A stretch of 64,000 nt of DNA. Origin: an uncultured Bdellovibrionales bacterium (lineage in GTDB: Bacteria > Bdellovibrionota > UBA1018 > CAIPTA01). Positions 45,566 to 54,783 of the stretch are shown here, one piece after another; position 1 is the stretch's first letter, and every line of letters begins with the position of its first letter. The stretch lies in contig CAYQES010000010.1 of the NCBI GenBank assembly GCA_964416595.1, positions 9,229 to 73,228 on the forward strand. The letters run 5' to 3'. Made by a program: the position numbers and the translations under genes. The notes under the pieces were generated by a model. The model was given only the letters and a program-made list of their open reading frames with translations. It was not told the DNA's origin and did no database searches.

Positions 45566-47386
45566 CTACTTCCCCTTAAATTTCGCGATGGAATCCAAGT
45601 GCTGCTCTTTAGCTTCGGAAAGTTGCAGCCAACGCTCTTCCAATTCCTGCATATGCACACCCAAGGAACTTAAACGCAGCACCCAATCACTAACGGGAGA
45701 TTCAGCCTCCACAATTTTCTGGTTCAAAGTTTCACTTTCCTCTTGCACGCGCTGCATCTCTTGTTCACATTCCAAAAGTTGTTTTTCACAGAGGCGATAT
45801 TCGCGCTCTAGCTTTTTTTTAGCGTCCTTCCAGTTTTCTGGCTTTTCAAGCACAATCTCTGGGGAGCATTTTTCTTTTGTTACCACTGGTAACTCTTCCG
45901 CAACCAGTTGCTGCACACTCCATACATATTCTTCATAGGTGCCCGGGTAGAGCCGCACTTGCCCGCGAGCCACCTCCAGGATTTTTGTGCCCACTCGTTT
46001 GATAAAACCCCGGTCGTGGCTCACCACCACAACAGTGCCTTCATAGGCGGCCAGAGCATTCGTGAGGGCCTCAACGGTTTGAAAATCTAAGTGGTTGGTG
46101 GGCTCATCGAGCACCAAACAAGGCGCCTTTTGTAATAGCACCCGGCCGAGAGCCACCCGGGATTTTTCCCCCCCGGAAAGAACAGAAATGAGCTTTTTTA
46201 CGTCGTCTCCCGAAAATAAAAGAGAACCGGCCAAATCCAGGATTTCTTGGGGCCTCACATCCCTATGGGCCGCCCGCTCTAGGGATCTTAGTACAGTATC
46301 CGTTGGCTCCAAGGCTTCCACCACATGTTGAGCAAAAAATGCCAACTCCACGCTCAAGCCAAATTCTACTTTGCCATGCAGCGGAGCCAAGGCGCCCGAG
46401 AGGCCTTTTAGCAAAGTAGATTTACCCGCTCCATTCATTCCTACCACGGCCACATGATCGCCCCGCTGCACTTGCAGATTCACATTACGCAAAATGATAT
46501 TTTCGCCGTAACCAAACTGGGCTTGGTCCATGGCTAAGGTAAGTTTTCCAGTTTTGGCGGGAGCCGGAATAGCGATCCGCGTAGTCACAGGCAATGGTTT
46601 GATTTCAATTTCTTCCATGCGTGCCAAGCTTTTTAAACGGGATTGGGCCTGGCGAGCTTTAGTGGCCGAAGCGCCAAAGCGGGCCACAAAATCCAAGATA
46701 TCTTTTCGCTTAGCAGCTTGGCCGGCAGCTCGGGCTTGCAATTGAGCGCGGAGCAAAGTTTTTTGCTCGAAGTAATCGTCAATATTTCCGTTGAACTTCG
46801 TGACCTCTTGATTCTCCACCTCCAAGATGTGATCAGTGGTGCGCCTCAAGAATTCTCGATCATGGGAGATCAGCAAAAAGGCCCCCTCAAAACCTTGAAG
46901 AAAGCGCTCCAACACTAGAGTGGTTTCCAAGTCCAAATAGTTTGTGGGCTCATCCAAAAGCATAAGATTGGGCGCTTGCCCAAGTAAACCCAATAACTTA
47001 AGGCGCATGCGATAGCCGCCGCTCAAAGAGAGCACGGGTTTTTCCAAAATTTCTTCGTTGAGCTGCAAAATTCTTCCTTGGGATTTTAATTCCCAGAGTG
47101 GAATTTTTGTTACCCTAGCCAAATAACTATTACCGCTTTCTCCCGGCTCCCAAATCTCATGCTGGGAAAGATAGCCTAAAGATAATTTCCGAGAGCGCAC
47201 CACGACGCCTTCATCCAAAGATTCTTCTTCCGTAAGAATGCGAAAGAGCGTGGATTTGCCAGCACCATTGGGGCCTATTACGCCCACATGTTCCCCCGCA
47301 TTGAGGGAAAAAGTGGCGTCCGTAAAAAGCGTGCGGGAGCCATAGGATTTTGTGCCGTTTTGGAGTTGTAAGAGATTTTCGGCCAT
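45566..47386 (-). CDS. ABC-F family ATPase (two ABC domains, no TM domain, C-terminal coiled coil)
   Basis: Walker A GPNGAGKST and GMNGAGKST, signatures LSGGYRMR and LSGGEKSR. Start taken at MAENLLQL. Confidence 0.9.
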   Translation of the reverse strand: MAENLLQLQNGTKSYGSRTLFTDATFSLNAGEHVGVIGPNGAGKSTLFRILTEEESLDEGVVVRSRKLSLGYLSQHEIWEPGESGNSYLARVTKIPLWELKSQGRILQLNEEILEKPVLSLSGGYRMRLKLLGLLGQAPNLMLLDEPTNYLDLETTLVLERFLQGFEGAFLLISHDREFLRRTTDHILEVENQEVTKFNGNIDDYFEQKTLLRAQLQARAAGQAAKRKDILDFVARFGASATKARQAQSRLKSLARMEEIEIKPLPVTTRIAIPAPAKTGKLTLAMDQAQFGYGENIILRNVNLQVQRGDHVAVVGMNGAGKSTLLKGLSGALAPLHGKVEFGLSVELAFFAQHVVEALEPTDTVLRSLERAAHRDVRPQEILDLAGSLLFSGDDVKKLISVLSGGEKSRVALGRVLLQKAPCLVLDEPTNHLDFQTVEALTNALAAYEGTVVVVSHDRGFIKRVGTKILEVARGQVRLYPGTYEEYVWSVQQLVAEELPVVTKEKCSPEIVLEKPENWKDAKKKLEREYRLCEKQLLECEQEMQRVQEESETLNQKIVEAESPVSDWVLRLSSLGVHMQELEERWLQLSEAKEQHLDSIAKFKGK

Positions 47387-47391
47387 GGGTT

Positions 47392-48027
47392 TTAAGATTC
47401 CCGTAAACGCGTGCAATATTCCTGTAACACACTTGGGAATTCGCCAGTGTCTTTTATCACCCGGTGGGCAAAGTGTTTGCTGGGCTCCACGAATTTATCG
47501 TGCATAGGTTTTACTTGAGCAAGGAATTGCTGCTTTACTCCCTCTGCTGTTCGGCCCCGATCCTTCACATCCCGCTCGAGGCGTCGTTGGAAGCGCAAGG
47601 CTTCCGGAGTGTCGAAAAATACCAGTTCATCAAAGAGAGCCCGTAAAGGTGCCCAGTGGAAAATCAAAATGCCATCTACTACAATTACAGGTTTAGGTTC
47701 CATCTTTAGCACTTTTGCCAAACGAGAATGGGTCACAAAATCATAAATGGGTATATCTGTAGCTCGGCCATTTTTCAGCTGAAACAAACGTTCCGTGAGC
47801 AAAGGAAAATCGATCGCGTCCGGATGGTCAAAGTTCACGGAGCCCCCGTCAAAATCAAAACGCTTGGATTGATCGATATAGAAATTATCCTGGTATAGAA
47901 TTTCACAACGGGCAACGCCCAACTCCGCATGCAAAGCACGGGCGAAAAAAGTTTTGCCTGAGCCACTGCCGCCGGCTACGCCGAGGATAAAAGGTTTATT
48001 TTGTTTGGTAGAGCCGGTCACCGGCAT
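47392..48027 (-). CDS. udk: Uridine kinase
   Basis: P-loop ILGVAGGSGSGKTFFA, then YQDNFY, FDHPDAIDF, IPIYDF. The annotated start overlaps upp by 32 nt. Confidence 0.88.
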   Translation of the reverse strand: MPVTGSTKQNKPFILGVAGGSGSGKTFFARALHAELGVARCEILYQDNFYIDQSKRFDFDGGSVNFDHPDAIDFPLLTERLFQLKNGRATDIPIYDFVTHSRLAKVLKMEPKPVIVVDGILIFHWAPLRALFDELVFFDTPEALRFQRRLERDVKDRGRTAEGVKQQFLAQVKPMHDKFVEPSKHFAHRVIKDTGEFPSVLQEYCTRLRES

Positions 48028-48628
48028 CTCCCAAACCGGGGATAAGATAACCGGCTTCGGTCATTTCTTTTTCCACCTGCAGCGTGAAAATTTCCACATC
48101 GGGGTGAAAATGATGAATCCGTTCCACGGCCAATTGGCTCACTAAAATCGTGAGCACCTTAATCTCTTTCACTTCGTAGCTCTTTAAACGATCAATTGCG
48201 GCGATCATAGTATCAGCAGTGGCTACGAGCGGATCACAAAGGATCGCAAGCTTGCCTTTAATATCCGCGGGCATTTTAAAATAATATTCTACCGTATTGT
48301 GGATGAAGCGATCCCGATAGATGCCGATGAAACCGGCGGACGCAAATGGAATCATGGAGAGCACTGGATCCAACATGCCGTTGCCTGCGCGCATGATGGA
48401 AACGATTACGGGGGGATTTTTAATCCTTTCCACAGTGGTAGGCGCAATCGGCGTTTCGATAGCAACGGAGCTCATCTCTTTCCAATCCCGCATCACTTCG
48501 TGGGCCAAAATACGGCTGATTTCTTTGGTGAGCTCGCGAAATTCCGAGGAAGAAGTGTTTTTATCCCGCAAATAGCCAAGCTTATGCCGTAGCAGAGGAT
48601 GATCGAGGACAATGACTTTACCTTTCAT
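47996..48628 (-). CDS. upp: Uracil phosphoribosyltransferase
   Basis: HPLLRHKLGYLRD, PRPP-binding LCDPLVATADTM, C-terminal YLIPGLGDAGDRLYQTK. Confidence 0.92.
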   Translation of the reverse strand: MKGKVIVLDHPLLRHKLGYLRDKNTSSSEFRELTKEISRILAHEVMRDWKEMSSVAIETPIAPTTVERIKNPPVIVSIMRAGNGMLDPVLSMIPFASAGFIGIYRDRFIHNTVEYYFKMPADIKGKLAILCDPLVATADTMIAAIDRLKSYEVKEIKVLTILVSQLAVERIHHFHPDVEIFTLQVEKEMTEAGYLIPGLGDAGDRLYQTK

Positions 48629-48637
48629 ACCGCTCCT

Positions 48638-49855
48638 TTAAAAAACTGTTCCATCGCTTTGTATGCGTAAGGGGGGGGCTCCATCCGCCCGTTTTTTCTG
48701 GGCTAAAAAACGCCCAGCCCACCAGGTGCCACCTTCTAGCACTTTAGCGAGAGGCAATTGCGCAGGGCTCATACCTAATTTTTTTTGCACACCCATTCCG
48801 ATTTGATCTAGTAAATGCACCGTGAGTGCTCGCCACTCGATAATGAGTTCCGATCCAGGCTCCCAACTTTTTTGCGCATTGGCCGGATCTTGCAAGGAAA
48901 TAAGACCAGAATCCAGCAGCAAACCACCATTACGATATTCCGCCAAGCCCGTGAGTTCTTCCACTCCTACCACCCGGCAACCCGCTTCTTGAATTGGCTC
49001 GATCAGAGAATAGGTGAGCCACTGGGAGAGTTTATGGAACGGAACAAAGGATTCAAAGGTGCCTGGGGATCCAAGCTTAGAATGGACCCACAGATCGCCC
49101 ATATTTTTCCCCTCAAACACCACTCGACCCGGCCAAATAGAACCTAAGCCATCGAGCACGGCCCGCAAAATTCCTGGGGCAGGGATTTGCGTGCCATATT
49201 TTTCCATGAGGTAATCCAAAATATTGCCCGGGCGCCCGTTTTTAAAAATTGTTTTGTTTTCTAAAGCTCGAGCCAAATTATTCAACAGCCCCAAACGGCC
49301 CTCTAAACCCACAAGAGGATTTTTTTCGCTCACCTGAAAGGCCGAAGAAAGTTTGGATAAAGAAAGGTTTCGTAAACCTTCTTTATCCGCACGGAGCGAA
49401 CGGCCATCGCCAGCCAGGGCCCCGGATAAAAAAAGATACAAACTTGCTACACCTAAACCCTCAGATCGCCCGTAAGAGCTTTGCGTTTCTTTTTCAAAAA
49501 ATTTCCACTGAGTGCCAGCGCCTGCGTCCAATAGCACTGAAGGAATCACGAGGTCTAATTTTGCCCGGGCACTCTCTTTGGCTTCCAAAGATTGTAAGCG
49601 AGAATCCAATTCCCGCACCCGATCCACGCCCCCCACCCGAAAATGCCCCCAACGGGAATGAAAGGGGATCTTTAAATCTGGGTAATTCTGGTGAATTACC
49701 TCGATCACATAAGTGATCGTGGGAGCCAATTGCTCCGGATGAAATACAAAAAAACCTTTCTCATCTTCCGTGAATTGAAAAACTTTCTCGGCCCGTTGCC
49801 GGATGGCCGCGGGTGAAAAAAGATAATCAACGGAACTTTCTGGTTTATTCGTCAA
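48638..49855 (-). CDS. DUF1688 family protein (URC4-like, uracil catabolism)
   Basis: 405 aa with an N-terminal AIRQRAEKVF.. segment and the characteristic IPFHSRWGHFRVGG motif. It sits between the URC1-like gene and upp. Confidence 0.7.
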   Translation of the reverse strand: MTNKPESSVDYLFSPAAIRQRAEKVFQFTEDEKGFFVFHPEQLAPTITYVIEVIHQNYPDLKIPFHSRWGHFRVGGVDRVRELDSRLQSLEAKESARAKLDLVIPSVLLDAGAGTQWKFFEKETQSSYGRSEGLGVASLYLFLSGALAGDGRSLRADKEGLRNLSLSKLSSAFQVSEKNPLVGLEGRLGLLNNLARALENKTIFKNGRPGNILDYLMEKYGTQIPAPGILRAVLDGLGSIWPGRVVFEGKNMGDLWVHSKLGSPGTFESFVPFHKLSQWLTYSLIEPIQEAGCRVVGVEELTGLAEYRNGGLLLDSGLISLQDPANAQKSWEPGSELIIEWRALTVHLLDQIGMGVQKKLGMSPAQLPLAKVLEGGTWWAGRFLAQKKRADGAPPLRIQSDGTVF

Positions 49856-51113
49856 TTTTTCGCCCCTTCACCTTTTTCAAGTCAGCCTTTGTTTTCTTAG
49901 GCTCCTTGTTGAAATAACCCGCAGCTTTTTTTGCCTCCATTTCCACGTGGGCATCCTTCGGAATCAACTCATCGGGAATGGAAATCCGATTTTCCACTTG
50001 GATCCCGCTATTCACGATCGCATCGTATTTCATATTGCTCATGGAATGGAGATTGTGGATTTTCTTGATGCCAAAAAAGTGCAAACAATCGGGCATGAAT
50101 TCTTGGAAGCGGGCGTCTTCCGTGCCAGCCACGCATTCCGTGCGATGGAAATAGGTGGCCGCAGTATCACCACCCTCTTGGCGTTTGCGAGCATTGTACA
50201 CCAGGAATTTTGTTACCTCCCCTAGAGCACGGCCTTCTTTTCGGTAATAAGCAATGATTCCTACACCACCCCGTTGGGCCGTACGGGCCGCATCTTCAAT
50301 GCCGTACACAAGGTAAGGCCGGCAAGTGCAAATATCGGATCCAAACACATCAGAACCATTGCATTCATCATGCACCCTGCAGGTGAGCTCTACTTTTGGA
50401 TTAGCTAGAGCTTGAGGATCTCCGAAAATATAAACCGTGGTACTACCGATAGGTGGAAGCCAAACTTTTAAATCGGGGCGCGTGATGAATTCGGGATACA
50501 TACCCCCCGTTTCTTGAAAGATAATCCGGCGCAACTCCCCCTCTTCCACTTGCAGGCGCTCGGCAATGCCGGGCAAATACCAAACGGGCTCGATCGCCAC
50601 TTTGGTTACACGAATGTCTTTATTTTCCCGGATAATTTTTTTGTCTATTTTTAAACGGCCCGCATCGATGGCTTGGGAAATTTCTGGGATCTGCAAATGG
50701 GCCTGGGTAACAGCCACCGTGGGGCGGATATCGTAACCTTTTTCAAAGAGGGGTTTAAAATGAATCTGAGGATCTAAACCCCAAGGATCCATGGAAACTA
50801 TTTTTGTTTTATCAAACCATTGATCGTGGGGACCAATCTTCGTAGGGCTCTGGGTGTTATGCAAATCTGGCTTATGCAGTGAGGGAAATTTTCCGCTCGC
50901 AATCGAGAGCGCCCGATACACCGTATAACTTCCGCTATGGGCGCCGATCGCATTACGAGCCTTGGAGTTTGTGAGCGAAGCCACCACTGGCCCCCGCTTC
51001 AACGGATCCCGGGCTCCCCATTGGATAGGGAGAGTCTCCTTATATTTTAAATTGGAGTGAGTGGCTAAGATCACATGATTGGATCGTTTCATTTCCTGCT
51101 TTTCCTGAGGCAT
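49845..51113 (-). CDS. GTP cyclohydrolase II-family protein with long N-terminal extension (URC1-like)
   Basis: RVHDECNGSDVFGSDICTCRPYL (C-x10-C-x-C zinc site) and YYRKEGRALGEVTKFLVYN. A ~230-aa N-domain (NAIGAHSGSYTVYRAL) lacks the RibB RENEGD motif. Confidence 0.75.
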   Translation of the reverse strand: MPQEKQEMKRSNHVILATHSNLKYKETLPIQWGARDPLKRGPVVASLTNSKARNAIGAHSGSYTVYRALSIASGKFPSLHKPDLHNTQSPTKIGPHDQWFDKTKIVSMDPWGLDPQIHFKPLFEKGYDIRPTVAVTQAHLQIPEISQAIDAGRLKIDKKIIRENKDIRVTKVAIEPVWYLPGIAERLQVEEGELRRIIFQETGGMYPEFITRPDLKVWLPPIGSTTVYIFGDPQALANPKVELTCRVHDECNGSDVFGSDICTCRPYLVYGIEDAARTAQRGGVGIIAYYRKEGRALGEVTKFLVYNARKRQEGGDTAATYFHRTECVAGTEDARFQEFMPDCLHFFGIKKIHNLHSMSNMKYDAIVNSGIQVENRISIPDELIPKDAHVEMEAKKAAGYFNKEPKKTKADLKKVKGRKIDE

Positions 51114-51126
51114 AGAACTCTAAACT

Positions 51127-52587
51127 TTACGACATCCAATTGGAGTCGTTTTGTTTCTCCCATTTTACAGTCACTTTTTTTACATCTGACCAAAAATCCA
51201 AACTGTGGTGACCCGTAATATCACCATGGCCAAACTTGGAAGCATTGATACCACCAAAAGAAAAGGGCTCTCGGGGCACCGGTACACCTACATTCACGCC
51301 CACCATGCCTGCGGTAGCTTCTTTTGCCACTCTCTCAGCCAATGGGCCGCTGGAAGTAAAAACGCTGCAAGCATTGCCATAATCCACACTCCGCTCAATC
51401 TCGAGGGCTTCCGAAAGATCCTTACAGCGCACAATGCTGAGGATCGGGCCAAATAATTCCACAATGGCAGCCTCAGATCCTGGTTGCACTTGATCTAAAA
51501 TCGTGGGGCCTAACCAATTGCCATTTTCCATCCCCTTAGGCGCCTGGGCTTTACGGCCATCGAGCAAAATTTTCGCACCCGCTTTTTCCGCGCGGCCAAT
51601 GGCTTCACATAAAAAATCCCGTTGGGTTTTGGTGATGAGCGCGCCCATTTCCGAGCCGAGTTTTAAAGAAGAGGCCCGCTCCACAATTTTCTGGATGTGC
51701 TCGTCTACTTTTCCCACAGCCAAAAGCACAGAAGCGGCCATACAACGCTGGCCCGCGCAACCCGTGAAGGAATCGGAAATGCCTGCGCCACTTAAATCCT
51801 GATTGGCATCAGGCAAGAGGATAATATGATTTTTTGCGCCCCCTAGTGCCAGCACTCTTTTTCCCAGCTGCGTGCCACGCTGGTACACAAGCTTTGCTAC
51901 TTTAGTAGAACCAACAAAACCAATAGCCTTTACAAGTGGGTGATCGATGATTGCATTTACGGTGGTAGAATCACCGTGCAGCACCGTGAAAACCCCAGCA
52001 GGTAAACCCGCTTCTTGAAGCGCATCGGCGATTTTCCGGGCCGTGAGCGGAGTTTTATCCGAAGGTTTCCACACATACGAATTGCCTAGCACTAATGCGA
52101 TCGGGATTGTCCAGAGCGGCACCATAGCAGGAAAATTAAACGGCGTGATATTGGCTACCACACCCAACGGCTCTCGCCGAAACTCACAACTGACCCCCCG
52201 GGAAACTTCGAGCTTACCGCCAAGATCCAGGTTCTGTATGGAGAGCGCAAACTCCAAAACTTCGATTCCTTTTCGTAAACCGCCTCTAGCTTCCTCGAGA
52301 GATTTTCCACATTCAGAGCTCTTTAAGGCAGCGATGGTTTCGAATTCCCTTAGTAAAATTTGGCGAAATTGGTAGAGCACTTGGCTACGCTCTTTCACAG
52401 GTGCTTGACCCCAAGATTTTTGAGCAACGGCAGCGGCGCGAATGGCTTTGTCGATTTGCTCTAGGGAAGGAAAAGAAAAAGTACCAAGCACGCGGCCATC
52501 ATAGGGTGAGCGCACCTCATGGGAAGAGCGGCTGCCCTTTTCCCATTTACCTTGGATAAAATTGTCGCAAACAATCGCTTGATTCAT
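51127..52587 (-). CDS. mmsA: CoA-acylating (methyl)malonate-semialdehyde dehydrogenase
   Basis: 486-aa ALDH fold with catalytic Cys context FTGCAGQRCMA and NITPFNFPAMVPLW. There is no conserved general-base Glu motif, as is typical of MSDH. Confidence 0.85.
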   Translation of the reverse strand: MNQAIVCDNFIQGKWEKGSRSSHEVRSPYDGRVLGTFSFPSLEQIDKAIRAAAVAQKSWGQAPVKERSQVLYQFRQILLREFETIAALKSSECGKSLEEARGGLRKGIEVLEFALSIQNLDLGGKLEVSRGVSCEFRREPLGVVANITPFNFPAMVPLWTIPIALVLGNSYVWKPSDKTPLTARKIADALQEAGLPAGVFTVLHGDSTTVNAIIDHPLVKAIGFVGSTKVAKLVYQRGTQLGKRVLALGGAKNHIILLPDANQDLSGAGISDSFTGCAGQRCMAASVLLAVGKVDEHIQKIVERASSLKLGSEMGALITKTQRDFLCEAIGRAEKAGAKILLDGRKAQAPKGMENGNWLGPTILDQVQPGSEAAIVELFGPILSIVRCKDLSEALEIERSVDYGNACSVFTSSGPLAERVAKEATAGMVGVNVGVPVPREPFSFGGINASKFGHGDITGHHSLDFWSDVKKVTVKWEKQNDSNWMS

Positions 52588-52636
52588 GTTTTAACCTCGA
52601 AGAGTAAACGGTAAAACACTTAAGAGTGCTTTACAA

Positions 52637-53209
52637 TCAGCGGTATTGGTCCAAAATTTTTTGCTTTTCTTTTTCAAATTCCTGCTGGGATAGCGTTCCC
52701 CGATCATAGAGCGCTTGTAAACGCTCTAGATCTGCAAATTTGCCTGCAGGACCAGCAGAAAATACCTGCTTCACCATTTCTACCCATGCGTCCACCACGG
52801 GCACATTTTCTCGCCCGTACACCACCACAGTTTCTGCCACCAAATCATGGAAAGCTTGTTTCTTTGCTGTAAACAGCGCTAACAAATGGGGCACACAGCC
52901 TAAAGCTGAGGAAATCAATTTCATCACCGCTCGCACCAAGGCCGCACGGAAAGTAATCCGTTCCCCAGCTTCGTTCCTCACCTGTATTCCCAGGAGCTTT
53001 TTACCAATGGTAGCCTGCAACCTGGAAGATTCCAGAAAAGGCACATAAAAAAACCAAATCAAAAGGCCCCCAACCACAGGAAATACACCGCCAAAAAAAC
53101 AAGCCGGTACTAATAAAATCAACATATCTAGTAGCACTGCAAAGAAGCGGGAAGAAAACGAAGCGTATTGAGTGTTGTTCAAAATAACCTCCCTAAAGAT
53201 TGGAGGCAA
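52637..53209 (-). CDS. RDD family membrane protein with C-terminal SHOCT-like motif
   Basis: ASFSSRFFAVLLDMLIL.. RDD-type TM core. The C-terminus DLERLQALYDRGTLSQQEFEKEKQKIL resembles SHOCT. Confidence 0.65.
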   Translation of the reverse strand: MPPIFREVILNNTQYASFSSRFFAVLLDMLILLVPACFFGGVFPVVGGLLIWFFYVPFLESSRLQATIGKKLLGIQVRNEAGERITFRAALVRAVMKLISSALGCVPHLLALFTAKKQAFHDLVAETVVVYGRENVPVVDAWVEMVKQVFSAGPAGKFADLERLQALYDRGTLSQQEFEKEKQKILDQYR

Positions 53210-53276
53210 AATACTATACTAAACCATAAAAAATAGCAGGCGTAGCAACCCAGTAGCGCATGGCATTATGGTGAAC

Positions 53277-54533
53277 TTAAGCGGTTTTTTCTGAATTTAA
53301 GGTACAAAGAGACACTTGACCCTTATTGGCAGTCGCGCCTTTGTGGGCACATTTGGGCAATAAAATGGTAAATGTGCTGCCCTTGCCGCTTTCGCTGGCA
53401 ACAGAAATTTTTCCCCGATGGGCCTCTACAATGGCGCGGCTGATGAACAAGCCGAGCCCTGTACCATCTTTGGAATTTTTAGGGGACTGCCAAAACTTAT
53501 CAAACACATACGGTAGCTCTATTTTCGAAATGCCTAAACCTGTATCGATTACTTGAATCACCAACCATTTGCCTTGGTCCATGAGTTTGATTTGCACAGA
53601 ATCCCGGGGCTCCGTGAATTTAAATGCATTTAAAATAAGATTGGCCAGCACTTGACCTAGCAAAACTTTGTCACAACTTACATAAAAAGCAGTGTCTTTT
53701 GGGCAATCTAGAGAATATCGGATTCCCTTTTCTTCGGCTAGCAAGCGATGTTCCGCAAATACTTCACTCACAATATCACCCAGATTTTGCCACTGTGGCG
53801 CCAAGGCAATACCGCCAGATTTGATTTTCGAGGCATCTAATAGATTTTGGATAAGTTGGGTCATACGACCACAAAAGAAAAGCCCATTGGCGGCCACTCG
53901 CTGGATTTCCGCTTCCTTGCCACCTACTTCTAAATACCGCTGTATCAATTGAAAACTTAAAGAGGCGCTGCTGAGTGGGCCTTTAAGATCATGGGATAAA
54001 AAGCCAATCACCGCATCTTTTTCTTGATTGCTCTTATCAGACTGCACTCTGGCCTCTTCTGTTCTAGCAAACGCGGATCTTAGAGAGGAAATCAATATAC
54101 TCACCAGAATAGAAATAAAAGCAAACACCACTACACGCAAAACTCCACCATATGTAACGCGCAAATCATAAAAGGAACTCACGAAATAAAAATCCACACT
54201 TAGGGCGCTGATCACAGAAGCCAAAATTCCAGGACCAAAACCCCCAAAGATGGCCGCTATCACTGTGGCTAAAATAGCAAAAGGGACTCCCACCATTCCT
54301 GTTATTTCGGTGAAAGAAAAACCCAAAATAATTCCCAAACACCCAATACCAGCGGCTCCCGTATATCGAACGAACGAACTCAAGCGCGCTTGCACCATCT
54401 TTTCCATGAGTCTAGTTAGCCAGAAACAACTGGTTTCTGACGAAGCGCGGACCATACACAATTTCCTCGTTAACTGCTCTAAAGAGCCGACATTGCTATC
54501 AAAGACTAGGGAAGGCAAGTTGAAAAAAGCCAC
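53277..54533 (-). CDS. Sensor histidine kinase (membrane-embedded sensor, no adjacent response regulator)
   Basis: H-box FLSHDLKGPL, N-box LILNAFKFT, G1 VIDTGLGI, G2 GTGLGLFISR. The N-terminal half has about 4-5 TM helices. The true start may lie downstream of 54533. Confidence 0.8.
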   Translation of the reverse strand: MAFFNLPSLVFDSNVGSLEQLTRKLCMVRASSETSCFWLTRLMEKMVQARLSSFVRYTGAAGIGCLGIILGFSFTEITGMVGVPFAILATVIAAIFGGFGPGILASVISALSVDFYFVSSFYDLRVTYGGVLRVVVFAFISILVSILISSLRSAFARTEEARVQSDKSNQEKDAVIGFLSHDLKGPLSSASLSFQLIQRYLEVGGKEAEIQRVAANGLFFCGRMTQLIQNLLDASKIKSGGIALAPQWQNLGDIVSEVFAEHRLLAEEKGIRYSLDCPKDTAFYVSCDKVLLGQVLANLILNAFKFTEPRDSVQIKLMDQGKWLVIQVIDTGLGISKIELPYVFDKFWQSPKNSKDGTGLGLFISRAIVEAHRGKISVASESGKGSTFTILLPKCAHKGATANKGQVSLCTLNSEKTA

Positions 54534-54783
54534 GCTAGAACATAAAAACCCAATAAAACTTAAATAGTTTAATTTATTGTATTTAAAAGTTAGTTTAGTT
54601 CTTGAAATTTTTATGGAAACTCTATTTCAATACTATTTGTGAGGAAATATGCCTCTATTAAGTCATACACTCCCACCCCACTGCCCAAGAAATAGACACT
54701 GACTACTAGCTCAACAATTTCACCTCACCTCATCCTCCACATTCCAAGTACTTAGCCCATGGATCCGCTCTTGCAGCGATTCT

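Noticed and set aside
49845-51113. Possibility that the GTP cyclohydrolase II-like gene is bifunctional RibBA for riboflavin synthesis.
   Set aside because: The N-terminal 230 aa lack the DHBP synthase (RibB) signature such as RENEGD. The gene is also embedded between DUF1688, upp/udk and mmsA rather than rib genes. Phylogeny would be needed for certainty.
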